Part shown: positions 8,610-16,673 of the stretch, in pieces | Layout: each line of letters opens with the position of its first letter | How positions within the stretch are numbered: position 1 is the first letter of the stretch | Source of the DNA: Candidatus Atelocyanobacterium thalassa isolate ALOHA | GTDB lineage: Bacteria; Cyanobacteriota; Cyanobacteriia; Cyanobacteriales; Microcystaceae | Length of the DNA stretch: 32,000 nt | Assembly: GCF_000025125.1 (NCBI RefSeq) | Contig: NC_013771.1 | Location: 150,001 to 182,000 of the forward strand | Reading direction: 5' to 3' | Translations under genes and position numbers: made by a program | The notes under the pieces: generated by a model | Databases searched by the model: none | Seen by the model: only the letters and a program-made list of their open reading frames with translations | Told to the model about the DNA's origin: nothing

Positions 8610-10070
8610 TTATTTTATTAGTAAAATATTTATTGAAGTTTCACTCCAACGCAATAGCCAGTTAGGCTGAATTCCCAATGTTATAATTAAAACTGTTAAA
8701 AGTAATGCTGGAGATCTTTCAGACCAGTATATACGAGGAATGTTAACCAATCTTGGAGTCAATCTTCCAAAAAAAACACGATTTACCATTAATAAAAAAT
8801 ATACTGCTGTTAACCCGCTACCTATTAAACATAGTAAAGTCTGAATTGGAAAAACAGGAAAGCTACCTCGAAATACTAAAAATTCTGCTATAAAACCAAT
8901 CATTCCAGGGATACCAGAACTTGCCATTACCCCAAGAATAATTAAACTTCCTGTAATAGGTAAACCGTGCTGTGAATTGAATAGACCTGACAAAAAGTCC
9001 ACATCACGACTGCCTGTTTTTTCATAAACAATCCCTACAAGAAGAAATAATAAAGCAGAAATTAATCCGTGACTAATCATCTGAAAAACAGCAGCATTTA
9101 AACTTAGTGGAGTACTTGCAGATGATGCTAGTAGTATATAGGCCATATGAGCAATAGAAGAGTAAGCAACTACTTTTTTCATATCTTTTTGTGCAATAGC
9201 ACAAGAAGCTCCATATAACGCACTAACGACGGCTAAAGTTGCCAATACAGGAGATAAAAATACCCATCCATCTGGAAATAAGCCAATCCCAAAACGTAGT
9301 AGACCATAAGTACCTAACTTTAGCAAGATTCCTGCTAGTAAAATGGAAACAGGTGTTGAAGCCTCTACATGTGTATCTGGTAACCAAGAATGAAAAGGAA
9401 CAATAGGAATTTTAATACTTAGGCCAATCAATAATGGAATTAATAAGAATAGTTGATGTGTAAGGGATAACGAATGAGAACGTAAAGACCAATAATTAAA
9501 TGTAGGGATTTCTGCTAACCATACTAATCCTAAGAAAGATATCAAAACAAGAATTCCAGAAATAGATGTATATATTAAAAACTTAATAGAAGCATAATCA
9601 CGTTTAATTCCGCCCCAAATTACGAGCAAAAAATATAATGGAATAGTTTCTAATTCATAAAAAATCAAAAATAATAGTAAATCTTGTGATAAGAAAGCTC
9701 CAGATATACCACTATTTAAAATGAATATTAATCCGTAATAAAAATTCTGTTTCTGTATGTTTTTACCGCTACTATAGATAGTAATTAAAGTAAGTAAATT
9801 ATTAAGGCACAACAGTGGTAAAGACAGTCCATCAACTCCTAGGCTATAGTTTAAACCAATCTTTTTTATCCAGAGAAAAGATTCATAAAACTGTATTTCT
9901 GGATCGTTTATATTAAATTTGAAAATAATAACTAAAGTTAAAATCAATAAAATAATTGATATAAAAATAGCAAATAAACGACAATAGTTACTATCTTGCT
10001 GTTTAAAAAAAAATATTATTAAAATAGCACTTAATAAAGGTAACCAAATTAAGCAACTAAGGACTGACAA
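8610..10070 (-). CDS. ndhD: NAD(P)H-quinone oxidoreductase subunit 4, NdhD3/NdhD4 (CO2-uptake NDH-1) type
   Basis: 486 aa polytopic membrane protein with FHSWLPDTHVEASTPVSILLAGILLKLGTYG and GIPGMIGFIAEFLVFRGSF, the latter typical of the D3/D4 clade. It lies directly downstream of an F3/F4-type ndhF. Confidence 0.88.
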   Translation of the reverse strand: MSVLSCLIWLPLLSAILIIFFFKQQDSNYCRLFAIFISIILLILTLVIIFKFNINDPEIQFYESFLWIKKIGLNYSLGVDGLSLPLLCLNNLLTLITIYSSGKNIQKQNFYYGLIFILNSGISGAFLSQDLLLFLIFYELETIPLYFLLVIWGGIKRDYASIKFLIYTSISGILVLISFLGLVWLAEIPTFNYWSLRSHSLSLTHQLFLLIPLLIGLSIKIPIVPFHSWLPDTHVEASTPVSILLAGILLKLGTYGLLRFGIGLFPDGWVFLSPVLATLAVVSALYGASCAIAQKDMKKVVAYSSIAHMAYILLASSASTPLSLNAAVFQMISHGLISALLFLLVGIVYEKTGSRDVDFLSGLFNSQHGLPITGSLIILGVMASSGIPGMIGFIAEFLVFRGSFPVFPIQTLLCLIGSGLTAVYFLLMVNRVFFGRLTPRLVNIPRIYWSERSPALLLTVLIITLGIQPNWLLRWSETSINILLIK

Positions 10071-10150
10071 ATTTTTAACTCCTAGAATGTAAAAAAATAT
10101 TTATATAATAATTATTTAAGAATAAAAACTAATTTTAAAAATTAGTTAAC

Positions 10151-12016
10151 TCAAGAAAAATAATCAATGTTAGAAATTAATAATAACTGATTTCTGAGTA
10201 AGAAGAGCCATATAAGTATACTAAACCATAGTCCTGTAAATATTGTTAACACATACAGTTGTAATTGTCCTGAATTAGCATATTTTAGGATACTACTACT
10301 GAAGAAAACTATATAACTAATTAAATTATTAAGGCCATCAATAATATAACTATCAAACCAAGATGTTATACGTGAAATATTTTTAACTAAGCCCACAATA
10401 GTTAGGGCATAAACTTGTTCTAAATAAAAATCGTGAGCAAATATATCTTGAAAAAAATGTAACCATAAATTAGTAAACTTTTTACTAGATACTCTGTACT
10501 TAGCTCCAAGCAAACAGCCAAACAAACCTGATAAAATGATAGTAAAACATACTGAATTCATTATTGAAGATACCTGTAATACCAAATGCATAGGTATAAT
10601 AGGCTCAATTAAAACAAAAATTATCAAAATTATCATCGGAAATGACATAAGCCAGCCGACCTCTGGTGTTCGTTTCGTTTTATTTTGAGAAACCCCTAAA
10701 AAAACAGTACAAAAAATTCTAGTTAAGTTAAAAGCACACAACATATTGATAATAGTTAAAGTAACTAATAAATAATAAAAAGAAATACTCCAATAATTAT
10801 CAAACCAAATTTTCCATGTCCAAAACATGCCCATAGGAAATAATGCCACTAAACCACTTGAACCAGTCAAAAAAGCGATAGTTGTAACTGGCATTTTTGA
10901 CCATAGGCCTCCCATTTCGGTAATATTTTGACTATTTGTAGTGAAAACAATAGATCCAACACTCATAAATAGTAGTGCTTTTGGAATTAAGTGTGCGCAT
11001 ATTAATAAAAAAGCAACATCAATATGGCCTAAACCGACAGCAATAAATACTAAACCTAAGTAGGTGCTCGTAGAGTGACATAAAGCCCTTTTAATATCTA
11101 TTTGAGCCATGGCTATTAAAGAAGTACCAATACTAGTGACAATTCCTAAAACAATTAATACGTTAGAAGCTATAGACGATAAGGCAAAAATTGGCTGTAA
11201 CTTTATAAGAACATAAGCTCCGGCAGACACAACTATAGAATTTCTCATTATACTCGCAGGATTAGGTCCCTCCATAGCTTTGTCTAACCACAAATTCAAA
11301 GGAAACTGGGCACATTTCCCTGTTAATCCTGCAATCAGTGATAATCCCAATAAAGTTACGTTTAACATTGAGATTGAAGTATTTGAAGCCCAGACTTCTA
11401 ATTCGGAAAAAGTCAACCCTTCTCCATAACTTGATAGGGCTACTAACCCCATAAAAAAAAATATATCTCCTACTCTTTTGGTTAAAAAAGCGTCTCTTGC
11501 TGCCGTTTTCACCAGTGGTTGAGCATACCAAAAACCTACCAAAAGATAAGTAGATAAAGTTAAAATTTCTAAGAGCCCATAACTTAACAATAAAGAATCA
11601 CTGAGAGCAATACCTCCCAAAGATGCTTCAAAAATTCCCATCATTCCCAAGAAACGAGCTAAAGAGGAATCTTTTTCCATGTAACCTAAAGCATATATTT
11701 GAGATAAAAAACTAATACAAGTAATGAGCTCCAAAGCTCCTAAACTAATAGGAGATAATTCAACAGATAAAGATAAATGTAATTTAGCTACATTTAACCA
11801 ATCAAAAACCAAGTGTTGAACTGGTGTTTTCCAAATTAAAATAAAAGCAAAAGAGTTGTGAACAAATGCTAAAAAACTCATTAACAAGTTTAGATAAGCT
11901 CCGAAAAGAGGCCCAGCTCTTAGAGTAATATTGATTGACCAAGGTAGAGAAAGTAGCGTACCTATCAAACCATAAAACGGAATTAGCCAACTATTATCCA
12001 GGAAAAAAGTACTCAT
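10151..12016 (-). CDS. ndhF: NAD(P)H-quinone oxidoreductase subunit 5, NdhF3/NdhF4 (CO2-uptake NDH-1) type
   Basis: 621 aa, a size typical of F3/F4 rather than NdhF1. Motifs include SWLIPFYGLIG, KCAQFPLNLWLDKAMEGPNPASIMRNS and MGGLWSKMP. Co-oriented with ndhD across an 80-bp spacer. Confidence 0.88.
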   Translation of the reverse strand: MSTFFLDNSWLIPFYGLIGTLLSLPWSINITLRAGPLFGAYLNLLMSFLAFVHNSFAFILIWKTPVQHLVFDWLNVAKLHLSLSVELSPISLGALELITCISFLSQIYALGYMEKDSSLARFLGMMGIFEASLGGIALSDSLLLSYGLLEILTLSTYLLVGFWYAQPLVKTAARDAFLTKRVGDIFFFMGLVALSSYGEGLTFSELEVWASNTSISMLNVTLLGLSLIAGLTGKCAQFPLNLWLDKAMEGPNPASIMRNSIVVSAGAYVLIKLQPIFALSSIASNVLIVLGIVTSIGTSLIAMAQIDIKRALCHSTSTYLGLVFIAVGLGHIDVAFLLICAHLIPKALLFMSVGSIVFTTNSQNITEMGGLWSKMPVTTIAFLTGSSGLVALFPMGMFWTWKIWFDNYWSISFYYLLVTLTIINMLCAFNLTRIFCTVFLGVSQNKTKRTPEVGWLMSFPMIILIIFVLIEPIIPMHLVLQVSSIMNSVCFTIILSGLFGCLLGAKYRVSSKKFTNLWLHFFQDIFAHDFYLEQVYALTIVGLVKNISRITSWFDSYIIDGLNNLISYIVFFSSSILKYANSGQLQLYVLTIFTGLWFSILIWLFLLRNQLLLISNIDYFS

Positions 12017-12129
12017 GTATAGTAATGAATTTACTTTAATAAAATTAGTTTAAAAAATATCATTGAAATCGTAAATTATCTTTTGTTATTTTTGTAAGAT
12101 AATTTATATCTAAAAATACACTTCTTAAA

Positions 12130-12161
12130 AAATATTAATTCTAAAACTAGAATTAATATTT
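12130..12161. repeat. Perfect 14-bp inverted repeat (AAATATTAATTCTA-aaac-TAGAATTAATATTT) upstream of ndhF
   Basis: Base pairing was checked position by position: 12130-12143 pairs with 12148-12161. The left arm begins 114 bp upstream of the ndhF start codon. Confidence 0.9.
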
Positions 12162-12312
12162 AAGTTATATCAAACATCTCTTAAGTAATTATCAAGTCAA
12201 AAAATAGTATCAGTTATAATCATATAAATTATTTTTAACATAAAGAAAAGCCTCCAGAGATAGCTTTTATAGGAATTATAGAACAGTTAGAATTTAACTT
12301 TTATTTCATAAA

Positions 12313-13443
12313 TTATACTTGTATTAATTTCTTCAATAAAAACTTCCCTGTACTACTAGATACCACAATGGTCCTATCCCGTTTAAAAAGAATTGATCCT
12401 ATAGTGACGTTAAAACTAACATGTTTATTAATATAAGCTTGTGCTTTTTTATCAATTGTTTCAGCAATTGATTGATAAATTTTATTACCCCATTGATTAT
12501 TTGTTTCTTTATCTAACTTTCTTAAAAAATTTAGAGCATCTTCTGCTGTTTGACATTTAAATAAACTTTGTAGATTCTTAGGTGGTAATCCTACCTTGAC
12601 TCCATGAGTAATTAATACTTCTAATCGTCCATCTGCTAAGTGATGATGAGTGTTAAAAATACCCCCTGCAAGTTTAATTAACTTTCCATGATATCCGAAC
12701 AATAAAATAGAGTTAATTCTTTCGGCTCCAGCCATTATCAATAATGGCCCTATCCAATTAGCTGTCTTGATTATATTCTGAGAATGAATACCTATTTTTT
12801 TAGCTACAAATAAACCATTTTCTCCTAGGCAAAATACTAAAGTATCAGTTTCTTGAGATTTTTTTTGTAATTCTTTTTGACAATTGTGCAATTGGCTAAT
12901 TGTACTTAAAGGTCTAGCTATGCCAGAAGTACCCAATAGTGATAATCCTTGAACTATTCCAAAGGATTCATTTGAAGTTTGTTTTGCAAGTTTTTTACCT
13001 TCTGGCAGGATGATCGTAACTATAATTTTTTCCGTAGAAGTCAGATAAAATTGTAAATTATATTTTAATAGTTTTTCGGCATAGAAATAAATGGCATCCT
13101 TAAAGCCATTATGAATCTGTTTGCCAACACCTTCTCCTCCTTTTATAACAATTTGTGTTTGATTATGATTACGTTTTTTTAATTCTACTATTACCCAAAT
13201 AGGAGTATTTCTAGTTAAATCAAGATTATCACCTGGATTACTCTCAGTAATTGCTAAAGATTTATTTTGGTGAATTTTGACTACTTGATTAATAGGAACA
13301 GTTATTATTGTTGATGGTTCAACTAGATCAAGATAAATCTCGTCATTAATTTTTCTATTTTGTAATCTGAACAAGGCTGCGATTGATGATGCGCAAGCAA
13401 AAACAGGTAACGTATAGCCAGAGGAAGCTATGATATTGTTCAT
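12313..13443 (-). CDS. cbiD: Cobalt-precorrin-5B (C1)-methyltransferase
   Basis: 376 aa with the N-terminal SGYTLPVFACASSIAAL signature. GTSGIARP and the overall length match CbiD. Confidence 0.85.
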   Translation of the reverse strand: MNNIIASSGYTLPVFACASSIAALFRLQNRKINDEIYLDLVEPSTIITVPINQVVKIHQNKSLAITESNPGDNLDLTRNTPIWVIVELKKRNHNQTQIVIKGGEGVGKQIHNGFKDAIYFYAEKLLKYNLQFYLTSTEKIIVTIILPEGKKLAKQTSNESFGIVQGLSLLGTSGIARPLSTISQLHNCQKELQKKSQETDTLVFCLGENGLFVAKKIGIHSQNIIKTANWIGPLLIMAGAERINSILLFGYHGKLIKLAGGIFNTHHHLADGRLEVLITHGVKVGLPPKNLQSLFKCQTAEDALNFLRKLDKETNNQWGNKIYQSIAETIDKKAQAYINKHVSFNVTIGSILFKRDRTIVVSSSTGKFLLKKLIQV

Positions 13444-14279
13444 AATCTTTCCTTGATATTTAGACTAGAATCACAATGAGGGCAAGAGTTGTTTTTTTCA
13501 GAACAATCAAACAAATCAGACTTATTAAGTAAGGGATAACCACATCCTTTACACATTTTATAGTTTCCTTTTTCTAATTTATGTTGAACAGCAACCCTTT
13601 CATCAAAAACGAAACATTCGCCTTGCCATAAACTTTGAGATTTAGAGATGTTCTTCAAATAATTTAGAACTCCCCCTTTGAGATGAAAAACTTCTTTAAA
13701 TCCTTTTTTTAATAAGTATGATGAAGCTTTTTCACATCTTATTCCTCCAGTACAAAACATAGCAACCTTTTTATGTTTATTAGGATTTAAATAATTTCTA
13801 ACATAGTCAGGAAATTCCCTAAAAAAATGAGTATTGGGATTAATTGCACCTTTAAAAGTACCAATTGCTATTTCATAAATATTTCTTGTATCGATTACAA
13901 TAATTTCTTTATCTTCAAGTATATTATTCCAATTTTCAGGAGCAACATAAGTTCCCACCTGTTGTTCAGGATCAATATCAGTCATCCCTAATGTTACTAT
14001 CTCTTTCTTTAACCTAACTTTCATACGTTTAAAAGGAAGATAAGAAGAAGTAGAATACTTGACATCTAAATCCAGAAAATAATTATCTTTCTTTAAATAG
14101 TTAATAGTTGCTTGGATATCTTCAGGAATTCCTGCAATAGTAGCGTTTATTCCTTCCTGAGACAGCAATATAGTTCCTTTAATACTGTGATCTTGGCAGA
14201 ATTTAAGTAATAATTGCTTTTTTTCAGTATATTCAGGCAAAAAAATAAATTTGTAAAAAGTTGCGATGGTATAAGACAT
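13440..14279 (-). CDS. trhO: Rhodanese-domain protein of the UPF0176/YceA family (tRNA uridine-34 hydroxylase TrhO)
   Basis: 279 aa with an N-terminal ATFYKF motif, the rhodanese active-site loop FCTGGIRCEKA and a C-terminal Cys cluster (CKGCG...CPHC). Its stop overlaps the cbiD start by 4 bp. Confidence 0.85.
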   Translation of the reverse strand: MSYTIATFYKFIFLPEYTEKKQLLLKFCQDHSIKGTILLSQEGINATIAGIPEDIQATINYLKKDNYFLDLDVKYSTSSYLPFKRMKVRLKKEIVTLGMTDIDPEQQVGTYVAPENWNNILEDKEIIVIDTRNIYEIAIGTFKGAINPNTHFFREFPDYVRNYLNPNKHKKVAMFCTGGIRCEKASSYLLKKGFKEVFHLKGGVLNYLKNISKSQSLWQGECFVFDERVAVQHKLEKGNYKMCKGCGYPLLNKSDLFDCSEKNNSCPHCDSSLNIKERL

Positions 14280-14522
14280 AAAAAATAATTTTATAAGTAA
14301 CTATGACAGAATAATAACAAAAAACTTTAAAAATTTAATACAGTTACTTTTTAAAAAATGTTGGCCTCCATTACAAATTGAATTAAAGTACACTGCATTG
14401 TTAAGGAAAGATAAGCAATTAAAGAATTAAAATAAAAAAACTTGCATATTTATGCTATTGTTATGTATGCTATGAGAGGTTAATAGTTAGGTTAAGTCGT
14501 AACTCAATTATTAAACAACTTT

Positions 14523-14595
14523 GGGGGTTTAGCTCAGTTGGTAGAGCGCCTGCTTTGCAAGCAGGATGTCAGCGGTTCAAGTCCGCTAATCTCCA
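14523..14595 (+). tRNA. tRNA-Ala (anticodon UGC)
   Basis: The cloverleaf was folded by hand. The acceptor stem GGGGGTT/AATCTCC includes the G3:U70 Ala identity pair. The D arm is GCTC-AGTTGGTA-GAGC, the anticodon stem-loop CCTGC-TTTGCAA-GCAGG and the T arm AGCGG-TTCAAGT-CCGCT, with discriminator A. CCA is not encoded. A possible promoter is TTGCAT (14442-14447) then 18 nt then TATGCT (14466-14471). Confidence 0.95.
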
Positions 14596-14932
14596 TATTT
14601 TTTCTTGTTAATCTTTGGTCATTCTAATTAGGATACCTGAGATTAGCCTTTTTAATGACATTTATTGAGCAAATAATTTTTTGTTATTATACATAACTAG
14701 TAGACACTAGTTATCTCTTTTCTACATGAAATGTTTAGACTATAAATAATGTTTACTACACGTTTATTTGTTTTTATTTTTAAATCTTATTTATGATTAG
14801 TACTTACCTGATATCTTAATTTTGTAAAAAATTTTAGTAATTAAATAGAACAAGTTCTATCCTTTAAACCTATACATTTAAGTCCTTTACAATCTAGAAT
14901 GAGATCAATCCTACCATTTTAAATAATAACTT

Positions 14933-16603
14933 GTGAATGCCTCACGAAACCTGATTTTTGAATTTGATTCTATAGAAGCTGCTTTAGCCGATATTAAAGT
15001 TGGTCGTGCTGTCATCGTTGTAGATGATGAAAACCGAGAAAATGAAGGTGATCTTATTTGTGCTGCTCAGTTTGCTACTCCCAGCATTATAAATTTTATG
15101 GCAACGGAAGCAAGGGGATTAGTATGTTTAGCTATGAATGGAAAACAATTAGATGATCTAGATCTTCCTCTAATGGTTACTAAAAATACTGATAGTAACC
15201 AAACTGCTTTTACTGTAAGTATTGATGCTTCACCTCATTTCGGTGTTACTACTGGCATTTCTGCAGAGGATAGATCCAAAACTATTCAAATTGCTATTGA
15301 TCCTAGTACACAGCCTGAAGATTTAACTCGTCCTGGTCATATTTTCCCGATTCGTGCAAAAGTTGGAGGAGTACTTAAACGAGCTGGCCATACTGAAGCA
15401 GCTGTAGATTTATCTAGATTAGCAGGCTTGTATCCGGCTGGTGTAATTTGTGAAATACAAAACCTAGATGGTTCAATGGCTCGCCTTCCAGAATTGATTG
15501 ATTATGGGAAAAAACATAATTTAAAACTTATTAGTATTGCAGATTTAATTAGTTATCGTCTGCAACATGATCGTTTCGTATATAGAGAAACAGTTTGTCA
15601 ATTTCCAAGTAAGTTTGGAACTTTTCGACTTTATGCTTATAGAAATGTATTAGACAATACAGAACATGTTGCAATTGTTAAAGGAGAACCTGATAAGTTT
15701 AAAGAACACCCAGTAATGGTAAGAATGCATTCTGAATGCTTGACAGGTGATGCTTTGGGATCATTGCGTTGTGACTGTAGAATGCAATTACAAACTGCAC
15801 TAAAGAAAATAGAAGAAGCACAAGCGGGTGTTGTTGTTTATCTTAGACAAGAAGGTAGAGGGATTGGATTAATAAATAAGTTAAAAGCTTATTCATTACA
15901 AGATATAGGCCTTGATACTGTAGAAGCAAATGAAAGATTAGGATTTCCTGCAGACTTAAGAGATTATGGCATGGGAGCTCAGATGCTTAATGATTTAGGC
16001 ATAAAAAAAATTCGTCTTATCACTAATAATCCAAGAAAAATTGCAGGACTGAAAGGATATGGATTAGAAATAGTTGAACGTCTTCCATTATTAATAGAAT
16101 CTAATTACTATAATTCAAATTATTTAGCAACAAAAGCAGAGAAACTAGGACATTTACTTTTACGAACTTACCTGGTAACTGTTGCTATTGAATGGAAAAT
16201 AGAAATTAATTCAGTTGCAGAACATTATCAAAATTTAGAGCAAATACGTGACCTGAGTCGTTCTGTAGAACTCTTTTTACAAGAAGAAGTTAGACCAGTA
16301 GCAAATGCTTTATTTGAACAACCTTCAATAATATTTCACCTAGGATTTAAACAAGTTCAAACGATTAATAAAAACTGGTATTGTGATCCTAATCATGTCA
16401 ATGTAAAAGCTATTACACAAGTTCTTGATAATTTAGTAAGTTGGACAAGTGTTAAGCGACTAGAATTTTTGATTTCTTCTGAAGATGATCCTATGTCAGG
16501 CTTGCAAGTTGGTATTAAACGTCATATATTTCCTTTAAGTAAAAGCCCTTCCCAGTGCACTAATCCCTGGGAGCAACAGACTATTTATAGTTTTACTTTA
16601 TGA
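14933..16603 (+). CDS. ribBA: Bifunctional 3,4-dihydroxy-2-butanone-4-phosphate synthase / GTP cyclohydrolase II with a ~150-aa C-terminal extension
   Basis: DHBPS motifs are DDENRENEGDLI and GHTEAAVDL. GCHII motifs are HSECLTGDALGSLRCDCR and YLRQEGRGIGL. It starts at GTG. The canonical domains end near aa ~405, and the remaining ~150 aa have no recognisable motif. Confidence 0.92.
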   Translation: MNASRNLIFEFDSIEAALADIKVGRAVIVVDDENRENEGDLICAAQFATPSIINFMATEARGLVCLAMNGKQLDDLDLPLMVTKNTDSNQTAFTVSIDASPHFGVTTGISAEDRSKTIQIAIDPSTQPEDLTRPGHIFPIRAKVGGVLKRAGHTEAAVDLSRLAGLYPAGVICEIQNLDGSMARLPELIDYGKKHNLKLISIADLISYRLQHDRFVYRETVCQFPSKFGTFRLYAYRNVLDNTEHVAIVKGEPDKFKEHPVMVRMHSECLTGDALGSLRCDCRMQLQTALKKIEEAQAGVVVYLRQEGRGIGLINKLKAYSLQDIGLDTVEANERLGFPADLRDYGMGAQMLNDLGIKKIRLITNNPRKIAGLKGYGLEIVERLPLLIESNYYNSNYLATKAEKLGHLLLRTYLVTVAIEWKIEINSVAEHYQNLEQIRDLSRSVELFLQEEVRPVANALFEQPSIIFHLGFKQVQTINKNWYCDPNHVNVKAITQVLDNLVSWTSVKRLEFLISSEDDPMSGLQVGIKRHIFPLSKSPSQCTNPWEQQTIYSFTL

Positions 16604-16640
16604 AATTGATATTAATGATAAATATCATAATCTATGTAAA

Positions 16641-16664
16641 TTCAATATACAGTTCAATATACAG
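16641..16664 (+). repeat. Perfect 12-bp tandem duplication (TTCAATATACAG x2)
   Basis: Read directly from the sequence. It ends 10 bp before the ATG at 16674. Confidence 0.9.
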
Positions 16665-16673
16665 TATAGAAAG

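Noticed and set aside
10127-10147. Hairpin AACTAATT-ttaaa-AATTAGTT between ndhF and ndhD, and many similar 7-9 bp A/T-only inverted repeats in other spacers (e.g. 7068-7096, 8478-8516, 23364-23392, 26337-26369)
   Set aside because: The stems are almost entirely A-T, so they are thermodynamically weak, and they are of a length expected frequently by chance at this base composition. I do not report them as terminators.
14280-14522. Cobalamin riboswitch upstream of the trhO-cbiD unit (minus strand)
   Set aside because: No B12-box-like sequence and no extended GC-containing helices are visible on the minus strand.
14596-14932. FMN riboswitch upstream of ribBA
   Set aside because: The leader is extremely AT-rich and lacks the conserved GC-rich multi-stem core of the FMN (RFN) element. 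Only short A/T palindromes are present.
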